A stretch of 64,000 bases of DNA, from positions 160 through 64,159 of the forward strand of contig MGGS01000016.1 of NCBI GenBank assembly GCA_001792535.1, in the 5' to 3' direction. Position 1 is the first letter of the stretch; every line of letters starts with the position of its first letter. Shown here in pieces: positions 39,561 through 50,897 of this stretch. The DNA comes from Candidatus Woesebacteria bacterium RIFCSPHIGHO2_02_FULL_42_20 (lineage in GTDB: Bacteria > Patescibacteriota > Microgenomatia > UBA8517). Made by a program: the position numbers and the translations under genes. Below the pieces are notes generated by a model, which worked only from the letters and a program-made list of their open reading frames with translations, did no database searches and had not been told where the DNA came from.

Positions 39561-40835
39561 TCAAGTCCCTTCCTGCCAGCTGGTGAGATATTTTTTCTGC
39601 CTTGGGGTAAGTTTGTCTATTTTAATTCCTTTAGATCTAAGTTTCAGCGAAGCAATTTTATTATCAAATTCACTACCCAAAGTGTAAACTTTTGCTTCCA
39701 ATTTGCCTTTATTCTTAACAAGCCACTCAGCAGCTAGAGCTTGATTGGCAAAACTCATATCCATTACTTCTGCGGGATGACCTTCTGCTCCCACCAGGTT
39801 TACGAGCCGCCCTTGAGCCAAAACCATAATTCTATTGCTGTTGGCAAATGTATATTCCTCTAAATTTTTTCTGATCACCCGTTTTGACTTTGCTTTTTTC
39901 TCAAGTTTTCCAACTTCTATCTCAACGTTAAAATGCCCGGAATTGGCAAGTAGTGCTCCGTCCTTCATCTTCCTCATATGAGCCAAGGTAATAACTTCTA
40001 TGTTTCCTGTTGCTGTTACAAAAAGATCCCCGACGGGGGCTGCATCTTCCATCCTGGCTACTTCAAAGCCGTCCATTACTGCCTCAAGGGCTTTCACAGA
40101 ATCTACTTCACAAACAATTACTTTTGAACCCATGCCGCGAGCCCTCATGGCTATTCCCCTACCACACCAGCCGTAGCCGACAACAACAAATTTCTTACCA
40201 GCTAAAAGCACATTTGAAGATCGAATAATTCCATCAATCGCAGATTGACCCGTGCCATAGCGGTTGTCAAACACATGCTTGGTAAGAGAGTAATTAACTG
40301 CCACTGCAGGTACCCTAAGTTTGCCGGCTTCCTCCATTGCCCGAAGCCTGATAACGCCAGTTGTTGTCTCCTCATTGCTTCCGATTATATCTTTAAGTTG
40401 GGACTTTCTTTTTGTATGGAGATAAAAAACCAAGTCTCCGCCGTCATCCATTGTGATATTGGGGTGGTTATCAAGCACTTTCTCTATGTGTTTATAATAA
40501 GTTTTTGTATCCTCGCCTTTTTGTGCAAAGACAGATACTTGATAATCGGATACCAGGGATGCGGCTACCTCATCTTGGGTCGATAAGGGATTACAGGCGC
40601 AAAGAGCAACTTCCGCACCTCCTGCAGCAAGGGTGATCATTAAATTCGCGGTTTCGCTGGTAACGTGAAGACAGGCTCCGATTTTGATGTTTCTGAAAGG
40701 TTTATCCTTCCTGAACCTTTCTTTAATCAATTGAAGTACAGGCATAGAACGGGCTGCCCACTCGATGCGAAGTTTTCCTTCCTTAGCCAAAGCCAGATCG
40801 ACAATCTCATATTGGTCTAGATTAAGCCTTCTCAT
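39561..40835 (-). CDS. ahcY: Adenosylhomocysteinase
   Basis: [36 protein letters not shown]. Confidence 0.97.
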   Translation of the reverse strand: MRRLNLDQYEIVDLALAKEGKLRIEWAARSMPVLQLIKERFRKDKPFRNIKIGACLHVTSETANLMITLAAGGAEVALCACNPLSTQDEVAASLVSDYQVSVFAQKGEDTKTYYKHIEKVLDNHPNITMDDGGDLVFYLHTKRKSQLKDIIGSNEETTTGVIRLRAMEEAGKLRVPAVAVNYSLTKHVFDNRYGTGQSAIDGIIRSSNVLLAGKKFVVVGYGWCGRGIAMRARGMGSKVIVCEVDSVKALEAVMDGFEVARMEDAAPVGDLFVTATGNIEVITLAHMRKMKDGALLANSGHFNVEIEVGKLEKKAKSKRVIRKNLEEYTFANSNRIMVLAQGRLVNLVGAEGHPAEVMDMSFANQALAAEWLVKNKGKLEAKVYTLGSEFDNKIASLKLRSKGIKIDKLTPRQKKYLTSWQEGT

Positions 40836-41778
40836 AAAGATTTAAATCCTCTCCAAAATTGCGTTTATATCTTACACGAAATTCCGTCCTTGTAAACTTG
40901 TGGGTCGTGGTACCGTATTTTTCAACTGTATAAACCGCAGCAACTGCACCCATCTTTCCGCAAACGTCCAAAGCTAAACCTCGCAAGTAGCCAGTTAAAA
41001 ATCCCGCCCGATATGCATCCCCTGCACCTGTGGGGTCGGAGGTATTTCTAGACCTAGCAGCTGGAATTCTGAAAACAGCACGGCCTTGCCGAATCAATGA
41101 CCCTTTGGCACCAAGCGTTGTTATTACTACCCTACCCTTGCCAAGCAAATCCTTCATGCTTAATTCCAGCCTTCTTTTTAAAAGAGAGATTTCGTAATCA
41201 TTGCCTATTAATATGCTGCAGTTTGTAACACCTTTTTTAAGCTCTGTTTCCGGAAGCGTGGGTATATAAAAGGCCGGATCATACATGTAATCGAATTTGT
41301 ATTTAATGCATTGGCTTACAAAATTTGACAAACCTTCTGTCCCGCTTGGGCTAACTACAACAAATGGTTTTTGTAACTTGAATTTTCCCAAAGACAGAAG
41401 CTTGTTATAGTCCATCGCCCCGCCAGAAAAGCCCCACATCTGGTTATCGTCCTGATCGGTTAAACAAAAACCGGTAGAGCAAAGGTTTGATTTAAACACC
41501 CTAACTTCCTTGCAATCTACTCCGTTTGCCTCCAAAAATTTTTTGTAGTCAGCAAAATCACTTCCTGCAGCTGCAACAAGATGAGGCTTCTGCCCTAACA
41601 GCCCCAAAGTATATGAAATATTCCCTGCCGTTCCTCCACGCTCGCGGCGCATTTTCCGGGCATAAAAGCTGACGTTGAGCATGTGAATTTTGTCGGGCAT
41701 TATGTAATCACGAAATCTTGAAGGCAAATTCATAATGTGATCAAAGGACAGGCTTCCGGTTACGACGACTTTTCGCAT
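40822..41778 (-). CDS. PfkB-family kinase (adenosine kinase-like)
   Basis: [19 protein letters not shown]; adjacent to ahcY. Confidence 0.85.
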   Translation of the reverse strand: MRKVVVTGSLSFDHIMNLPSRFRDYIMPDKIHMLNVSFYARKMRRERGGTAGNISYTLGLLGQKPHLVAAAGSDFADYKKFLEANGVDCKEVRVFKSNLCSTGFCLTDQDDNQMWGFSGGAMDYNKLLSLGKFKLQKPFVVVSPSGTEGLSNFVSQCIKYKFDYMYDPAFYIPTLPETELKKGVTNCSILIGNDYEISLLKRRLELSMKDLLGKGRVVITTLGAKGSLIRQGRAVFRIPAARSRNTSDPTGAGDAYRAGFLTGYLRGLALDVCGKMGAVAAVYTVEKYGTTTHKFTRTEFRVRYKRNFGEDLNLYEKA

Positions 41779-43085
41779 TAGGGTACGGGGAACTTTTTGC
41801 AAAGTGTTTTTACTTCTCCGGCGATAGTTTTCAAAAAATTGTCGCCAAAAATCTCTTTTTTAAATTTTTTTAATTGTATATCTCTCTCTTCTTTGACGCC
41901 TGGTATAGCCCTTTCTCCAATGTGGTTAATTACGCTATTAATCCAGTCGGACACCAAGTCCATCTCTTTTACCCCCATCCCCCTCGCAGTTATAGCGGGA
42001 GTTCCCAATCGAAGACCAGATGGGTAATAAGGAGAGCCTGTGTCATACGGAACGGTATTTCTATTTACAATAAGGCCAGCTACCTCAAGCGCCCAGGCTG
42101 CAAACCAACCGTTTATGTTTTTATTCCGCAAATCAACTAAAACCAGATGTTTGTCCGTCCCGCCACTGACGACATCAAATCCAAGCTTCTGAAGATCTTT
42201 CGCCAACCGCTGAGCATTCTTAATAGTTTGCAATGCATTAGCTCTGAATTCTTTTGTTTTAGTTTTCTCCAAAGCTACGGCAATCCCGGCAATTGTATGT
42301 AAGTGCGGCCCACCCTGAAGGCCGGGGAAAATGGCCGCGTCAAGGGCTTCACCAAATTCTTTCCGGACAAATGCCAGAGCTCCCCTGGGCCCCCGAAGAG
42401 TTTTATGGGTCGTCATTGTAACGGCATCGGCGTACGGAAAAGGGCTCATATTAACACCCGCTGCAACTAGCCCCGCCTCATGAGCGATGTCGGCAAGGTA
42501 TTTGGCTCCGACCATCCTGGTAATTTCTCCCACTCTTTTATGATTAATTTCCCTTGGGTAAGCCGTGCCGCCGGAGATAAGTAAATTAGGTTTAAATTTT
42601 TTTGCTTGGCTTTCGATTTGGTCGTAATCAAATATTTTCGTCTCCGGGTTGACGTGATAAAAATCAATATCGAAAATTTTGGAAGTAAAAGTAATTTTAT
42701 TTCCTTTGTACTCCCAACCGTGGGAAAGATGTCCTCCGTCCGGCAAATACATTGCCATTATGCGGTCCCCTGGTTTAAGAAAAGTGGCGTATATCGCGAG
42801 GTTTGCGGGGGTCCCTGAATAAGGCTGGACGTTTACGACCCAGTCACTTTCATCTAAACCAAACGCTTGCAGAGCTCTTTGTTCACACAGCAACTCAACA
42901 TTATCGATAATTTCATTACCTTGGTAATAGCGTTTTTTGGGCTGGCCTTCGGCGTATTTGTGCATCAAGACCGAGCCAACGGCCTTACGAACTTCGGGGT
43001 AAGTATAGTTTTCAGACGGAATCATCATAAGTGTATTTTGCTGCCTTTCCTCTTCCTTTTTTATAAGTTTAAATATTCTGTCCAT
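41778..43085 (-). CDS. glyA: Serine hydroxymethyltransferase
   Basis: GGHLSHG, TTHKTLRGPRG, SGLRLGT. Confidence 0.97.
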   Translation of the reverse strand: MDRIFKLIKKEEERQQNTLMMIPSENYTYPEVRKAVGSVLMHKYAEGQPKKRYYQGNEIIDNVELLCEQRALQAFGLDESDWVVNVQPYSGTPANLAIYATFLKPGDRIMAMYLPDGGHLSHGWEYKGNKITFTSKIFDIDFYHVNPETKIFDYDQIESQAKKFKPNLLISGGTAYPREINHKRVGEITRMVGAKYLADIAHEAGLVAAGVNMSPFPYADAVTMTTHKTLRGPRGALAFVRKEFGEALDAAIFPGLQGGPHLHTIAGIAVALEKTKTKEFRANALQTIKNAQRLAKDLQKLGFDVVSGGTDKHLVLVDLRNKNINGWFAAWALEVAGLIVNRNTVPYDTGSPYYPSGLRLGTPAITARGMGVKEMDLVSDWINSVINHIGERAIPGVKEERDIQLKKFKKEIFGDNFLKTIAGEVKTLCKKFPVP

Positions 43086-43123
43086 AAAGCAATTATAACT
43101 AAAAAAATGATTAAGCCTAATAA

Positions 43124-43623
43124 TCAGATCAAAAAACTGGATTTTCTCAATATCAAAACTGAGTCCTCAAAAATTTGATCCACAGAGCCAGACGCGTCAA
43201 TAGTCAACCATTTATTTGGCATTCCGGGTAGAAACCTCGGGGTTCTTGCCAGTTGACGATAATTCGCACGCACCCTCTGATGAAATTATATCTTCATTAA
43301 GTCAAACCTATCGACATTATCATTTCCTGCCTTCCTTTGGAAAGCAACTTCGGGAATAAGGTCGTAATACAAAACAGCATTGGGTCGCAATCCCCCCGTC
43401 GCGAGCCAACTCACTGCCCAGATAACTGGCTTGGATACCGCATAGGGATCTACTTCATATCCAAAAACTTTGCCAATCGGTCTGATTGGGTTGTTTTACC
43501 CACACCCGAATTTCCTTCAAGTACCAAAAATCTTCCTCCTTCGACTGTCATAGAACCCGTTTCAATATTTCCATTTTTCATCCTCTTCATTCTTTGTTCT
43601 ACCGTTCTAGAACTCTGGAACAT
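43124..43623 (-). pseudogene. tmk: Thymidylate kinase remnant
   Basis: FLVLEGNSGVGKTTQ P-loop, then frameshift/deletion, then ATGGLRPN...DRFD...*FHQRVRANY...IDAS. Confidence 0.8.
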
Positions 43624-45395
43624 TACTTAACAATACTTTTGAGTTTGGCTTCGATTTTTTTCTCGCTTTCCCGGCGGGCAAGTGAATAGTCATTATAATC
43701 AATCATCATTCCCTGAAAAACTGATGGATCTTTTTCTTTTGCTAATGTCGCAATTTGCTGGCAAATTTTTCGGTAGTGCGGACGCCCTTGAGGAGAGGTA
43801 CGAAGTTCACCTATCCAGTAAATCTCACGTGCTGTTAAGTGCATATACCAATGTGTGATGTAGGCAAAAGCTACAGAGTATTGAGCAACATACGGCGAAG
43901 CCCGCAGTAATTTCGGGTAAAGTTCTTGAATAACCTTCAGAGCCATTTCAACTTTTTCTTTGAATGGCGATTTTTTTAATTCATCCTCGATATCATAGCC
44001 CCAGAACGAGTTGAATCTTTGTCTATCTTGAGTTTGTTGGCGGTGCCTTTGCAAGTCTTTATAGTCTCCACTTCTTGCCCAAACTTCAAAAAGGTAGTGC
44101 GCATTTTCAAACGCGCGCGGAACTTTTCTAAATCTGACTTCAGACCTTTCGGAATTCATTTTATTGAACTTTCTCTCAAGAAGAATTTTGCCTAAAAATT
44201 CGACACGTTTTCTTTCTGTGAGTTTTTTAACTTTTTCCTTAATGTCTTTGAGGGATCTTGCGATTCCGGCGGAGAAAAGATACGAAGAAAGAATCTCGAC
44301 ATCAGCATTCGGCGTGGCTGAAACTAAACTAACCCATTTTTTAAATTGGCTCAGAGTTTTAACTTTTGCGAAAGCTTCATCGTATAATTCATCTTTTAAA
44401 GCTATAATGTTCTTTCTATATAGTTGAACCTGTCCGCCTCTTTCAGTTTTTGGCCGTCTCACGAAAGATGGAACAACTTTTTCTAGTTCAGTAAGTATCA
44501 TTTGACCCCACCACCGGAGTTCACCTAGAGGGTGTCCCAGAAGCCGATTTATCAGGTCTTCAAATGCACGGCCATTACCAAATAGAGCAACATTTGTTTG
44601 AGTCGAGTAAGGTAACAAATCTCTTAAATCATCAAACCGTTTTGCGGATCTTGAAGCGATAAATGATCTTTCCGTTTCATCTTCACCCATAGGATAAAGA
44701 GACTTAATATATTCTAAATAGGGTTCCAGCAGTTCAACATAAGTTCCAAACAGAGTATCCATTGAACCTTTATATTCTGATTCAAGCTTTGTGCCCTTTA
44801 TCTCTCCGGGGAGAACATATTGATATTCTCCATCTGCGCGCTTTTGCGCAAATGATACGTACCTAGTTGACTTTTCCAAAGGCGATAAACCAATTCTTTT
44901 GTCCTCAATCTCTTTAACCGCAACATTTGAAAGTCCTTCTACACAAAGATGCACTCCACCCATTTCGGCAATCGAGTCGTCTCCATATTCTGCCAGCCAT
45001 CTGTCAAAAAAAGCTCTGCTTCGTTGGACATTTACCACTTCATCAATTCCCCTGCTTCTGTTTAGAAAATTAATATATTCCAAGAATCTGTCTCGAAGTT
45101 TCAAGTCCCGTCTAGTTGGGTTTTCGGTACTTACAATCGGACCAACATATTCGTCCAAAAACATTCGCCGCAGTGACCGTGTTGAGCGGCTGTAACGGGA
45201 AGAAAGAGCACCCATAACCTCTTCCGGTAAATTTTTTACAACAAAAACAGGTTTATCGATGTTTGTAAAAAAGGGACTTAACCACTTCAATTCTTTTCTG
45301 GTAAACTTCTCTGGAGTATATGGAACTGCAAATTTCGAAAGATCTTCCTCTGCAGGTAAATGATTTACATTATAGTTTCTTTTTAATTTAAACAT
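43623..45395 (-). CDS. thyX: Two-domain FAD-dependent thymidylate synthase
   Basis: SRYSRS, YGDDSIAE, EKSTRYV, DLQRHR, ELRT..QG...YR. Confidence 0.9.
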   Translation of the reverse strand: MFKLKRNYNVNHLPAEEDLSKFAVPYTPEKFTRKELKWLSPFFTNIDKPVFVVKNLPEEVMGALSSRYSRSTRSLRRMFLDEYVGPIVSTENPTRRDLKLRDRFLEYINFLNRSRGIDEVVNVQRSRAFFDRWLAEYGDDSIAEMGGVHLCVEGLSNVAVKEIEDKRIGLSPLEKSTRYVSFAQKRADGEYQYVLPGEIKGTKLESEYKGSMDTLFGTYVELLEPYLEYIKSLYPMGEDETERSFIASRSAKRFDDLRDLLPYSTQTNVALFGNGRAFEDLINRLLGHPLGELRWWGQMILTELEKVVPSFVRRPKTERGGQVQLYRKNIIALKDELYDEAFAKVKTLSQFKKWVSLVSATPNADVEILSSYLFSAGIARSLKDIKEKVKKLTERKRVEFLGKILLERKFNKMNSERSEVRFRKVPRAFENAHYLFEVWARSGDYKDLQRHRQQTQDRQRFNSFWGYDIEDELKKSPFKEKVEMALKVIQELYPKLLRASPYVAQYSVAFAYITHWYMHLTAREIYWIGELRTSPQGRPHYRKICQQIATLAKEKDPSVFQGMMIDYNDYSLARRESEKKIEAKLKSIVK

Positions 45396-45958
45396 TATTT
45401 TTTAAATTCTTTCCAAACTTTGCTTGCCGTCGGACCTTTTTGTCCCTGATATTTGCTACCCAATTTTTTGCTTCCATACAAATTTATTGGCGACGACGTC
45501 ATTAAAATAAAGGCAACCTGACAGACTCTCATACCAGCATAAAGCTTTATTGGGATGCGAGAGATATTAGAAATTTCGAGAGTAATATTTCCCCGAAAAC
45601 CCGGGTCAATATAGCCAGCGGTTGCATGTATCATCAAGCCCAATCTACCCAAAGAACTTTTACCTTCAACCTTAGCTGCAATATCGCTTGGTATCTTTAC
45701 TTTTTCTATAGTTGACCCCAAAATAAATTCGCTCGGGTGAATAATGAACGATCCACTTCTGCCAATATCAACAATTTCTGCGACATTCAATCTTTTAGCA
45801 AGGTCAATTATTCCGACACGCCAATTGCTAAAAACACTTATTTGTCTGTCGAGATGAAAATCTACAGTTGAAGGTTGTATACAATTAATATCTAAAGGTT
45901 CTATTACAAGATCATCTTTCTCTAGCCTCTTAAGAATGTCCCTATCTGAAAGAATCAT
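45395..45958 (-). CDS. dcd: dCTP deaminase
   Basis: MILSD, GKSSLGRLG, IDPGF.G.ITLE, KYQGQ. Confidence 0.95.
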   Translation of the reverse strand: MILSDRDILKRLEKDDLVIEPLDINCIQPSTVDFHLDRQISVFSNWRVGIIDLAKRLNVAEIVDIGRSGSFIIHPSEFILGSTIEKVKIPSDIAAKVEGKSSLGRLGLMIHATAGYIDPGFRGNITLEISNISRIPIKLYAGMRVCQVAFILMTSSPINLYGSKKLGSKYQGQKGPTASKVWKEFKK

Positions 45959-46002
45959 GAAACTCTTAAGAGTTTTACAGTAAATTTTATAAAATGCAAC
46001 AG

Positions 46003-46905
46003 TTAGAAAGAAGTATAATCCTTCCAAAATTTCTCAATCATGATCTCTGTCCATGTTTCAACTTTAGGCCCCACACCTTTAGCCCAATTCTCTTGCCTTT
46101 CTTCAAGCTCTTGCTTTACCTTTCCAAAAGGAACCCACCATGCTTTTGCTATTTCACTGGCCCGAAAAACCAAACGATTTATTACCAATGGATTAACATC
46201 TAAAATAGCAGCAATACCTGTGTGCACCCACCCCACTTGAACGGGTAAGAGGGGGTCTTCTATTCTTTTATCATAAAATGCGCCGAGGAGAGTTAAATCT
46301 TTGATACCCTCCCTAGAAATCCCGATTTCTTCTTCTACTTCGCTGAAAAAACCTTTGTTTAAACCCACCACTGTTCCAATCTCTTCTTCTACGGCCGGAA
46401 GAAGATCTTTAAGAAAAATAAGTTCCTCTCTGCTTATTGTGATATCTTCCCGAGTCTTATGTCCTCCAAAACCGACCGAAAATCTCCCTTGCAATCTTGG
46501 GTCACCCACAAATTCCCCTTTTTGTTTGTTGGGGCTAGTTCTTTGATACCACAATAAATGATTCTGACAGGTGACCATTGAATACACTATAATTTGTTGC
46601 CTGGTTGGGTCATTTTCCAGACCTCCGTCACCGTATCTTCTTGCTACATTCCCCTGTTTAAATATAACTTTTAAAACCTCACCAATTTTATTAGTCACCA
46701 ATACTTGATCGGAAAAAGAAGATGCGACAAAACCGGTTCTATCATCAAAAAGAGACTCAGTTTTTACGTATAAAGCAGTCTTTTCGATCATTGGTTCTTT
46801 TTCTTTTTTGTTTGCTATGACATTAGGGATAGGAAGAGTGAATACCCTCCGACCAGTCCTTGCTTCTGCAGCTCTTTCTGAGGTTAACTTTTTTTTCCTA
46901 ACCAT
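46003..46905 (-). CDS. NUDIX-like predicted phosphoesterase
   Basis: ENDP...Q.I.Y, RL.G.FSVGFGGH, EVEEE, VGWVH. Confidence 0.75.
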   Translation of the reverse strand: MVRKKKLTSERAAEARTGRRVFTLPIPNVIANKKEKEPMIEKTALYVKTESLFDDRTGFVASSFSDQVLVTNKIGEVLKVIFKQGNVARRYGDGGLENDPTRQQIIVYSMVTCQNHLLWYQRTSPNKQKGEFVGDPRLQGRFSVGFGGHKTREDITISREELIFLKDLLPAVEEEIGTVVGLNKGFFSEVEEEIGISREGIKDLTLLGAFYDKRIEDPLLPVQVGWVHTGIAAILDVNPLVINRLVFRASEIAKAWWVPFGKVKQELEERQENWAKGVGPKVETWTEIMIEKFWKDYTSF

Positions 46906-46978
46906 TAAAAACCCCCTTATAAAGGAGGGCAGATTCGAACTATTCTATGATAAAATTACTTATTTTTCAATAAGTAAT

Positions 46979-47620
46979 TTACCAACTCGCGACAAATCTG
47001 TGTTTCGACTCATACGGAGCGGTGTACCTCCATTGACTACCAAAAGCATCATTAACCAGTTCTAATCCTTCCACTCGACCTAGATGGTCTTCAAGCCAGG
47101 TTTCGATATAGCCCACATTTCCATGTGAACCGTGTGGACCATCACTGCGAATTAAATGCCGGATAAACTGGGGTCGATTAAACTCCTGTTTGTAAATAAC
47201 GTCGTTCCCGTCAACTAACCGCATCAACTCTCGAGGAGTAAACGGCTTAGCGTAAATTACATCACTGTCCCCAGCTACTTTCCAACCTTTTTTGTCAATC
47301 CGTGGCGCATTTAGAAATTCCGCTAAGTAGATTACTCCTATTCTTGTCCTTCCTGCTTCAGGAAATTCAGCTATTTGCGGCGGACCTAACAAATTTACAT
47401 TTCTCCAACCACCCGGTAAACCGGTTTCCTCTGCCAATTCTCTCCTTACAGCTTCTTCAAGTTTTTCGTTGGGACCCAGATGACCGGAAGGTAACGACCA
47501 ACCTTCGCCAACGCCTCGTTTGACTAAAAGCAGCCTGTTACTTCCTCTGGGACTTAGTAGTATTGCTACAGAAACATCAAGATTTAGTTTTTCAGAGTTC
47601 GTTAATCTATCTGGACTCAT
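46979..47620 (-). CDS. NUDIX hydrolase
   Basis: WSLPSGH...EAVRRELAEETG Nudix box. Confidence 0.85.
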   Translation of the reverse strand: MSPDRLTNSEKLNLDVSVAILLSPRGSNRLLLVKRGVGEGWSLPSGHLGPNEKLEEAVRRELAEETGLPGGWRNVNLLGPPQIAEFPEAGRTRIGVIYLAEFLNAPRIDKKGWKVAGDSDVIYAKPFTPRELMRLVDGNDVIYKQEFNRPQFIRHLIRSDGPHGSHGNVGYIETWLEDHLGRVEGLELVNDAFGSQWRYTAPYESKHRFVASW

Positions 47621-47657
47621 TGTTCCGATAGTACCACGAGTAAAAATATTTAGAAAG

Positions 47658-49574
47658 TTATTTTTGAGGTTTAGTCCAGCTGGCCCATTTACAATCGGGG
47701 TAACGGGAACAGCCAAAAAACTTGCGGCCGCGTTTTGTCCTTTTAATTATCACATCCCCGTCTTTACACTCGGGGCATTTCATCCCAGCTTTGTCAATTA
47801 ATTTTTCAGTATGGCGGCACTCCGGAAAACGCGAGCAGGAAATAAATTTGCCAAATCTGCCAGTTCTAATTACTAACTCGCCCTCTTTGCACTCGGGGCA
47901 TTTACGGCCCAATTTTTCCGTTTCTATCTTGACCCTTTTTGACTTTTCTTCAACATACCCAAGTTTTTTTACAAATGGCCCCCAAAAGTCTTTAATCATC
48001 CCATGCCACTCTGTATCTCCTTTGGCGATCGAGTCCAAGCCATCTTCCATTTTGGCAGTGAAACTATACTCAAGTTCCTCCGGAAAGTTTTTAACTAAAA
48101 AGTCGTTGACCGCTACTCCTACGGTCGTCGGCTTGAAAGCACCTTCGTCTTTTTCGACATAACTTCTAACCTGAATGGTCGAAATCGTCGGCGCATATGT
48201 ACTGGGCCTGCCTATGCCCAATTTTTCCAAGGTCTTTATTAATGACGCTTCGTTGTACCTGGGGGGTGGAGTTGTGAATTTTTGGTTAGGCATTACTTTA
48301 ACTAAGTCAAGCGGTTCGCCGTCAATTACATCAGGAAGTGCCGCTTCAGTCTCATTGGGGTTCTGCCCACCAAAAACCCGACGCCAGCCATCAAATTGCA
48401 TGATAGTACCTGTGGCCCGAAGCAAATAACTATCCGCAGACACATCTACGGTTGTTTGGTTATACACTGCCTGACTCATTTGGCAGGCAATAAACCGTTT
48501 CCAAATGAGCGAATAAAGCCTTGTCGAGTCTTTTTCAAATCTTGCCGTGTGTGCTTCAGTGACGTTTACATTTGTAGGCCGTATCGCTTCATGGGCTTCC
48601 TGGACTAACTTTGACTGGCGCTTAAAACCTCTGGCTTCGCTCGGTAAATAGTTGGCGCCATATTTTTGCTGAATATATTTTCGTGCGACAGCAACCGCGG
48701 ATGCAGCCATATTTACCGAGTCCGTCCTGTGATATGTAATTTTACCCTCTTCATACAAACTCTGGGCAACACTCATTGTCTTTTTGGAAGACCAGCCCAA
48801 AAGCCTTGCCGCCGCTTGCGTCAAAGTCGAAGTGGTAAACGGCGGATAAGGATTTTTTTTGACTTCCTTCTTAGTCACATTCTTTGCCGAATAGTTTGCT
48901 TTAGTTAAATCTCCGACAACTCCGTCCGCAGATTTTTTAGTATTAATTTCTTTTTTAATTAGTCGCACAATAAATTTTTGTTTATCTTTTTTTGCAACTT
49001 CGACGTCTATTTCCCAATATTCCTTGGGTTTAAAAGCTTCAATCTCACGCTCTCGTTCGACAACTAAGCGCACTGCAACTGATTGGACTCGGCCTGCAGA
49101 CAATCCCCGCCTGACTTTTTTCCAAAGTAAAGGCGAAAGCTTATAACCGACCAGCCTATCAAGGACCCGTCTTGCGGTTTGCGCAGAAACCAAATTTATG
49201 TCGATGCCTCGTGGGTTTTTCAACGCCTCCTCAATTGCCTCTTTGGTAATTTCGTGGAAAACGATTCTTTGTGTTTTGCCATCACCGATTACTTCCTTCA
49301 CATGCGCCGAAATCGCCTCACCTTCCCTGTCCGGATCCGTCGCCAAATAAACAGTCTTTGCTTTTTTGGCCATTTTTTGGAGTAGCCTTATCACTTTTTC
49401 CTTATCAGGAACATCGACGTATTGCGGATCGAAATTGTTTTCTACATCAATACTCAACTTGCTCTTTGGAAGATCTTTGATATGGCCCATTGTAGCTTCC
49501 ACAGCAAAATCCTTCCCCAAAAAGCGGGCAAGTGTACGGGCCTTTGTCGGGCTTTCAACTATTATTAAGTTCAT
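47658..49574 (-). CDS. topA: DNA topoisomerase I
   Basis: IVESPTKA, DPDREGE, SAGRVQS, ITYHRTD, C-terminal Zn ribbons. Confidence 0.97.
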   Translation of the reverse strand: MNLIIVESPTKARTLARFLGKDFAVEATMGHIKDLPKSKLSIDVENNFDPQYVDVPDKEKVIRLLQKMAKKAKTVYLATDPDREGEAISAHVKEVIGDGKTQRIVFHEITKEAIEEALKNPRGIDINLVSAQTARRVLDRLVGYKLSPLLWKKVRRGLSAGRVQSVAVRLVVEREREIEAFKPKEYWEIDVEVAKKDKQKFIVRLIKKEINTKKSADGVVGDLTKANYSAKNVTKKEVKKNPYPPFTTSTLTQAAARLLGWSSKKTMSVAQSLYEEGKITYHRTDSVNMAASAVAVARKYIQQKYGANYLPSEARGFKRQSKLVQEAHEAIRPTNVNVTEAHTARFEKDSTRLYSLIWKRFIACQMSQAVYNQTTVDVSADSYLLRATGTIMQFDGWRRVFGGQNPNETEAALPDVIDGEPLDLVKVMPNQKFTTPPPRYNEASLIKTLEKLGIGRPSTYAPTISTIQVRSYVEKDEGAFKPTTVGVAVNDFLVKNFPEELEYSFTAKMEDGLDSIAKGDTEWHGMIKDFWGPFVKKLGYVEEKSKRVKIETEKLGRKCPECKEGELVIRTGRFGKFISCSRFPECRHTEKLIDKAGMKCPECKDGDVIIKRTKRGRKFFGCSRYPDCKWASWTKPQK

Positions 49575-49644
49575 GAGTTTAAAGTTAGTCGGTTAACCGT
49601 TCACAAGTCAAGTAGTATAACACCGAATGTAGTAAAATAATGCC

Positions 49645-50255
49645 ATGAGCGAACAACCCATAAATGCTTTGCAAGTTTTGGCGACGGAATGGCAAGGCAG
49701 TAAACAAATAAACATAGCCAGCCGCTGCTTTAATGAAGATTCAAAACTCACATTCGATAGGGAAACCGGAAAAATCGAAGTGGAGACAACATTACGGGAG
49801 GGGTTTGTGGAAGGCGGACAAAGAGTGCGCATGGTACTGTCTACACCAACCGTCGTTCCAATAGTCCCCGATTCTGAAACAATAGGATACTTATAAACCC
49901 AAATCCCAATCGGAACAGTGATAACTTGAGACGTTATCACTGGGTTATCCATTCTGCAACCATAGATCTTCAAGCGAGACTTATTCAAAAATTTGCCCAC
50001 ATGATTCCTTTAATATTTAACACATGGGGATCAATTTGTGAAAATGAGGTAACTGCAAATAAATCTGCAATAAAGTTGATTGCTGAAGAAAGAGAAAACG
50101 GCAACGATATGTTTCCAAAAGATACCGATTTCCACAGAGTAAGAAAGTTTCTGGCTACGAACACATTAACTTATCTGGGTGTGCTAAGAGGTGCATTCGC
50201 AAAGAGACTTAGTAAGGATAAACTTCGCGAACTTGCTTTTCCTGAAATAGTGTGA
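49645..50255 (+). pseudogene. Hypothetical gene broken into two ORFs (49645..49896 and 49926..50255)
   Basis: One leaderless-type start (TAAAAT-6nt-ATG), then a stop and a frame change. Confidence 0.4.
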
Positions 50256-50262
50256 ATATTTT

Positions 50263-50631
50263 TTAACTGATATCTGAAATATCTAAGTCTTTCATAGGAA
50301 AATGTCTTTTATTGTAGGTAACCAGAATACACTTCTCACAGACCGCCGTGGCGGCAATTAACATGTCGGCAATTTCCAAATTATATTTCTGCTTGTATTT
50401 GCCGGCCATCTCAGCAACATTTTCATCAACCGGTTGTGGTTTAAAAATTTCTTTTAGTTTGGCGATCACACTTCCAACATCCTTCCTCAAACCTGTTCTA
50501 ACTTCAGTAATCGTGACTACAGAAATAAAAAGATCCCCTTGGAAAGCTAGCTGCTTTATCAATTTTACCTCCTTATCCCTGCCACGCAGAAACCAAATAA
50601 CTACATCGGAATCAACCAAAAACTTTTTCAT
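50263..50631 (-). CDS. PIN-domain (VapC-like) toxin
   Basis: VDSDVVI, DMLIAATA, TYN.RHF. Confidence 0.9.
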   Translation of the reverse strand: MKKFLVDSDVVIWFLRGRDKEVKLIKQLAFQGDLFISVVTITEVRTGLRKDVGSVIAKLKEIFKPQPVDENVAEMAGKYKQKYNLEIADMLIAATAVCEKCILVTYNKRHFPMKDLDISDIS

Positions 50632-50897
50632 TCTTTTGCCAGTCTTTTATCGAAAGAAGACCACAGTTTTTTCCTCCACAAAGATAATTCTTTGTCGTTT
50701 TTAAATGGAATACCACCGGCTTTTTTCCAAATTCCAGCCAATTCTTCGATAGCCTTCTCCCTTTTAATTTTAGTCAGTTTCTCTTCAAGTGCTTCAGAAA
50801 CAATTTTGCTCCTCATTCTTTCAGGAACAACACGCCTAAGTTCTGATATCAAATCAGAAGGAGCGGTAATATTTAATCTGGTAAACAACACTGTCAT
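50628..50897 (-). CDS. RHH-like (VapB) antitoxin
   Basis: RLNIT...RSKIVSEAL; 4-nt overlap with the PIN gene. Confidence 0.75.
   Translation of the reverse strand: MTVLFTRLNITAPSDLISELRRVVPERMRSKIVSEALEEKLTKIKREKAIEELAGIWKKAGGIPFKNDKELSLWRKKLWSSFDKRLAKE

Noticed and set aside
6160-43300. Stop-codon reassignment to explain in-frame stops in the recombinase, yvcK and tmk
   Set aside because: The interrupting codons are mixed (TAG, TGA, TAA), and core genes end normally at TGA and TAG.
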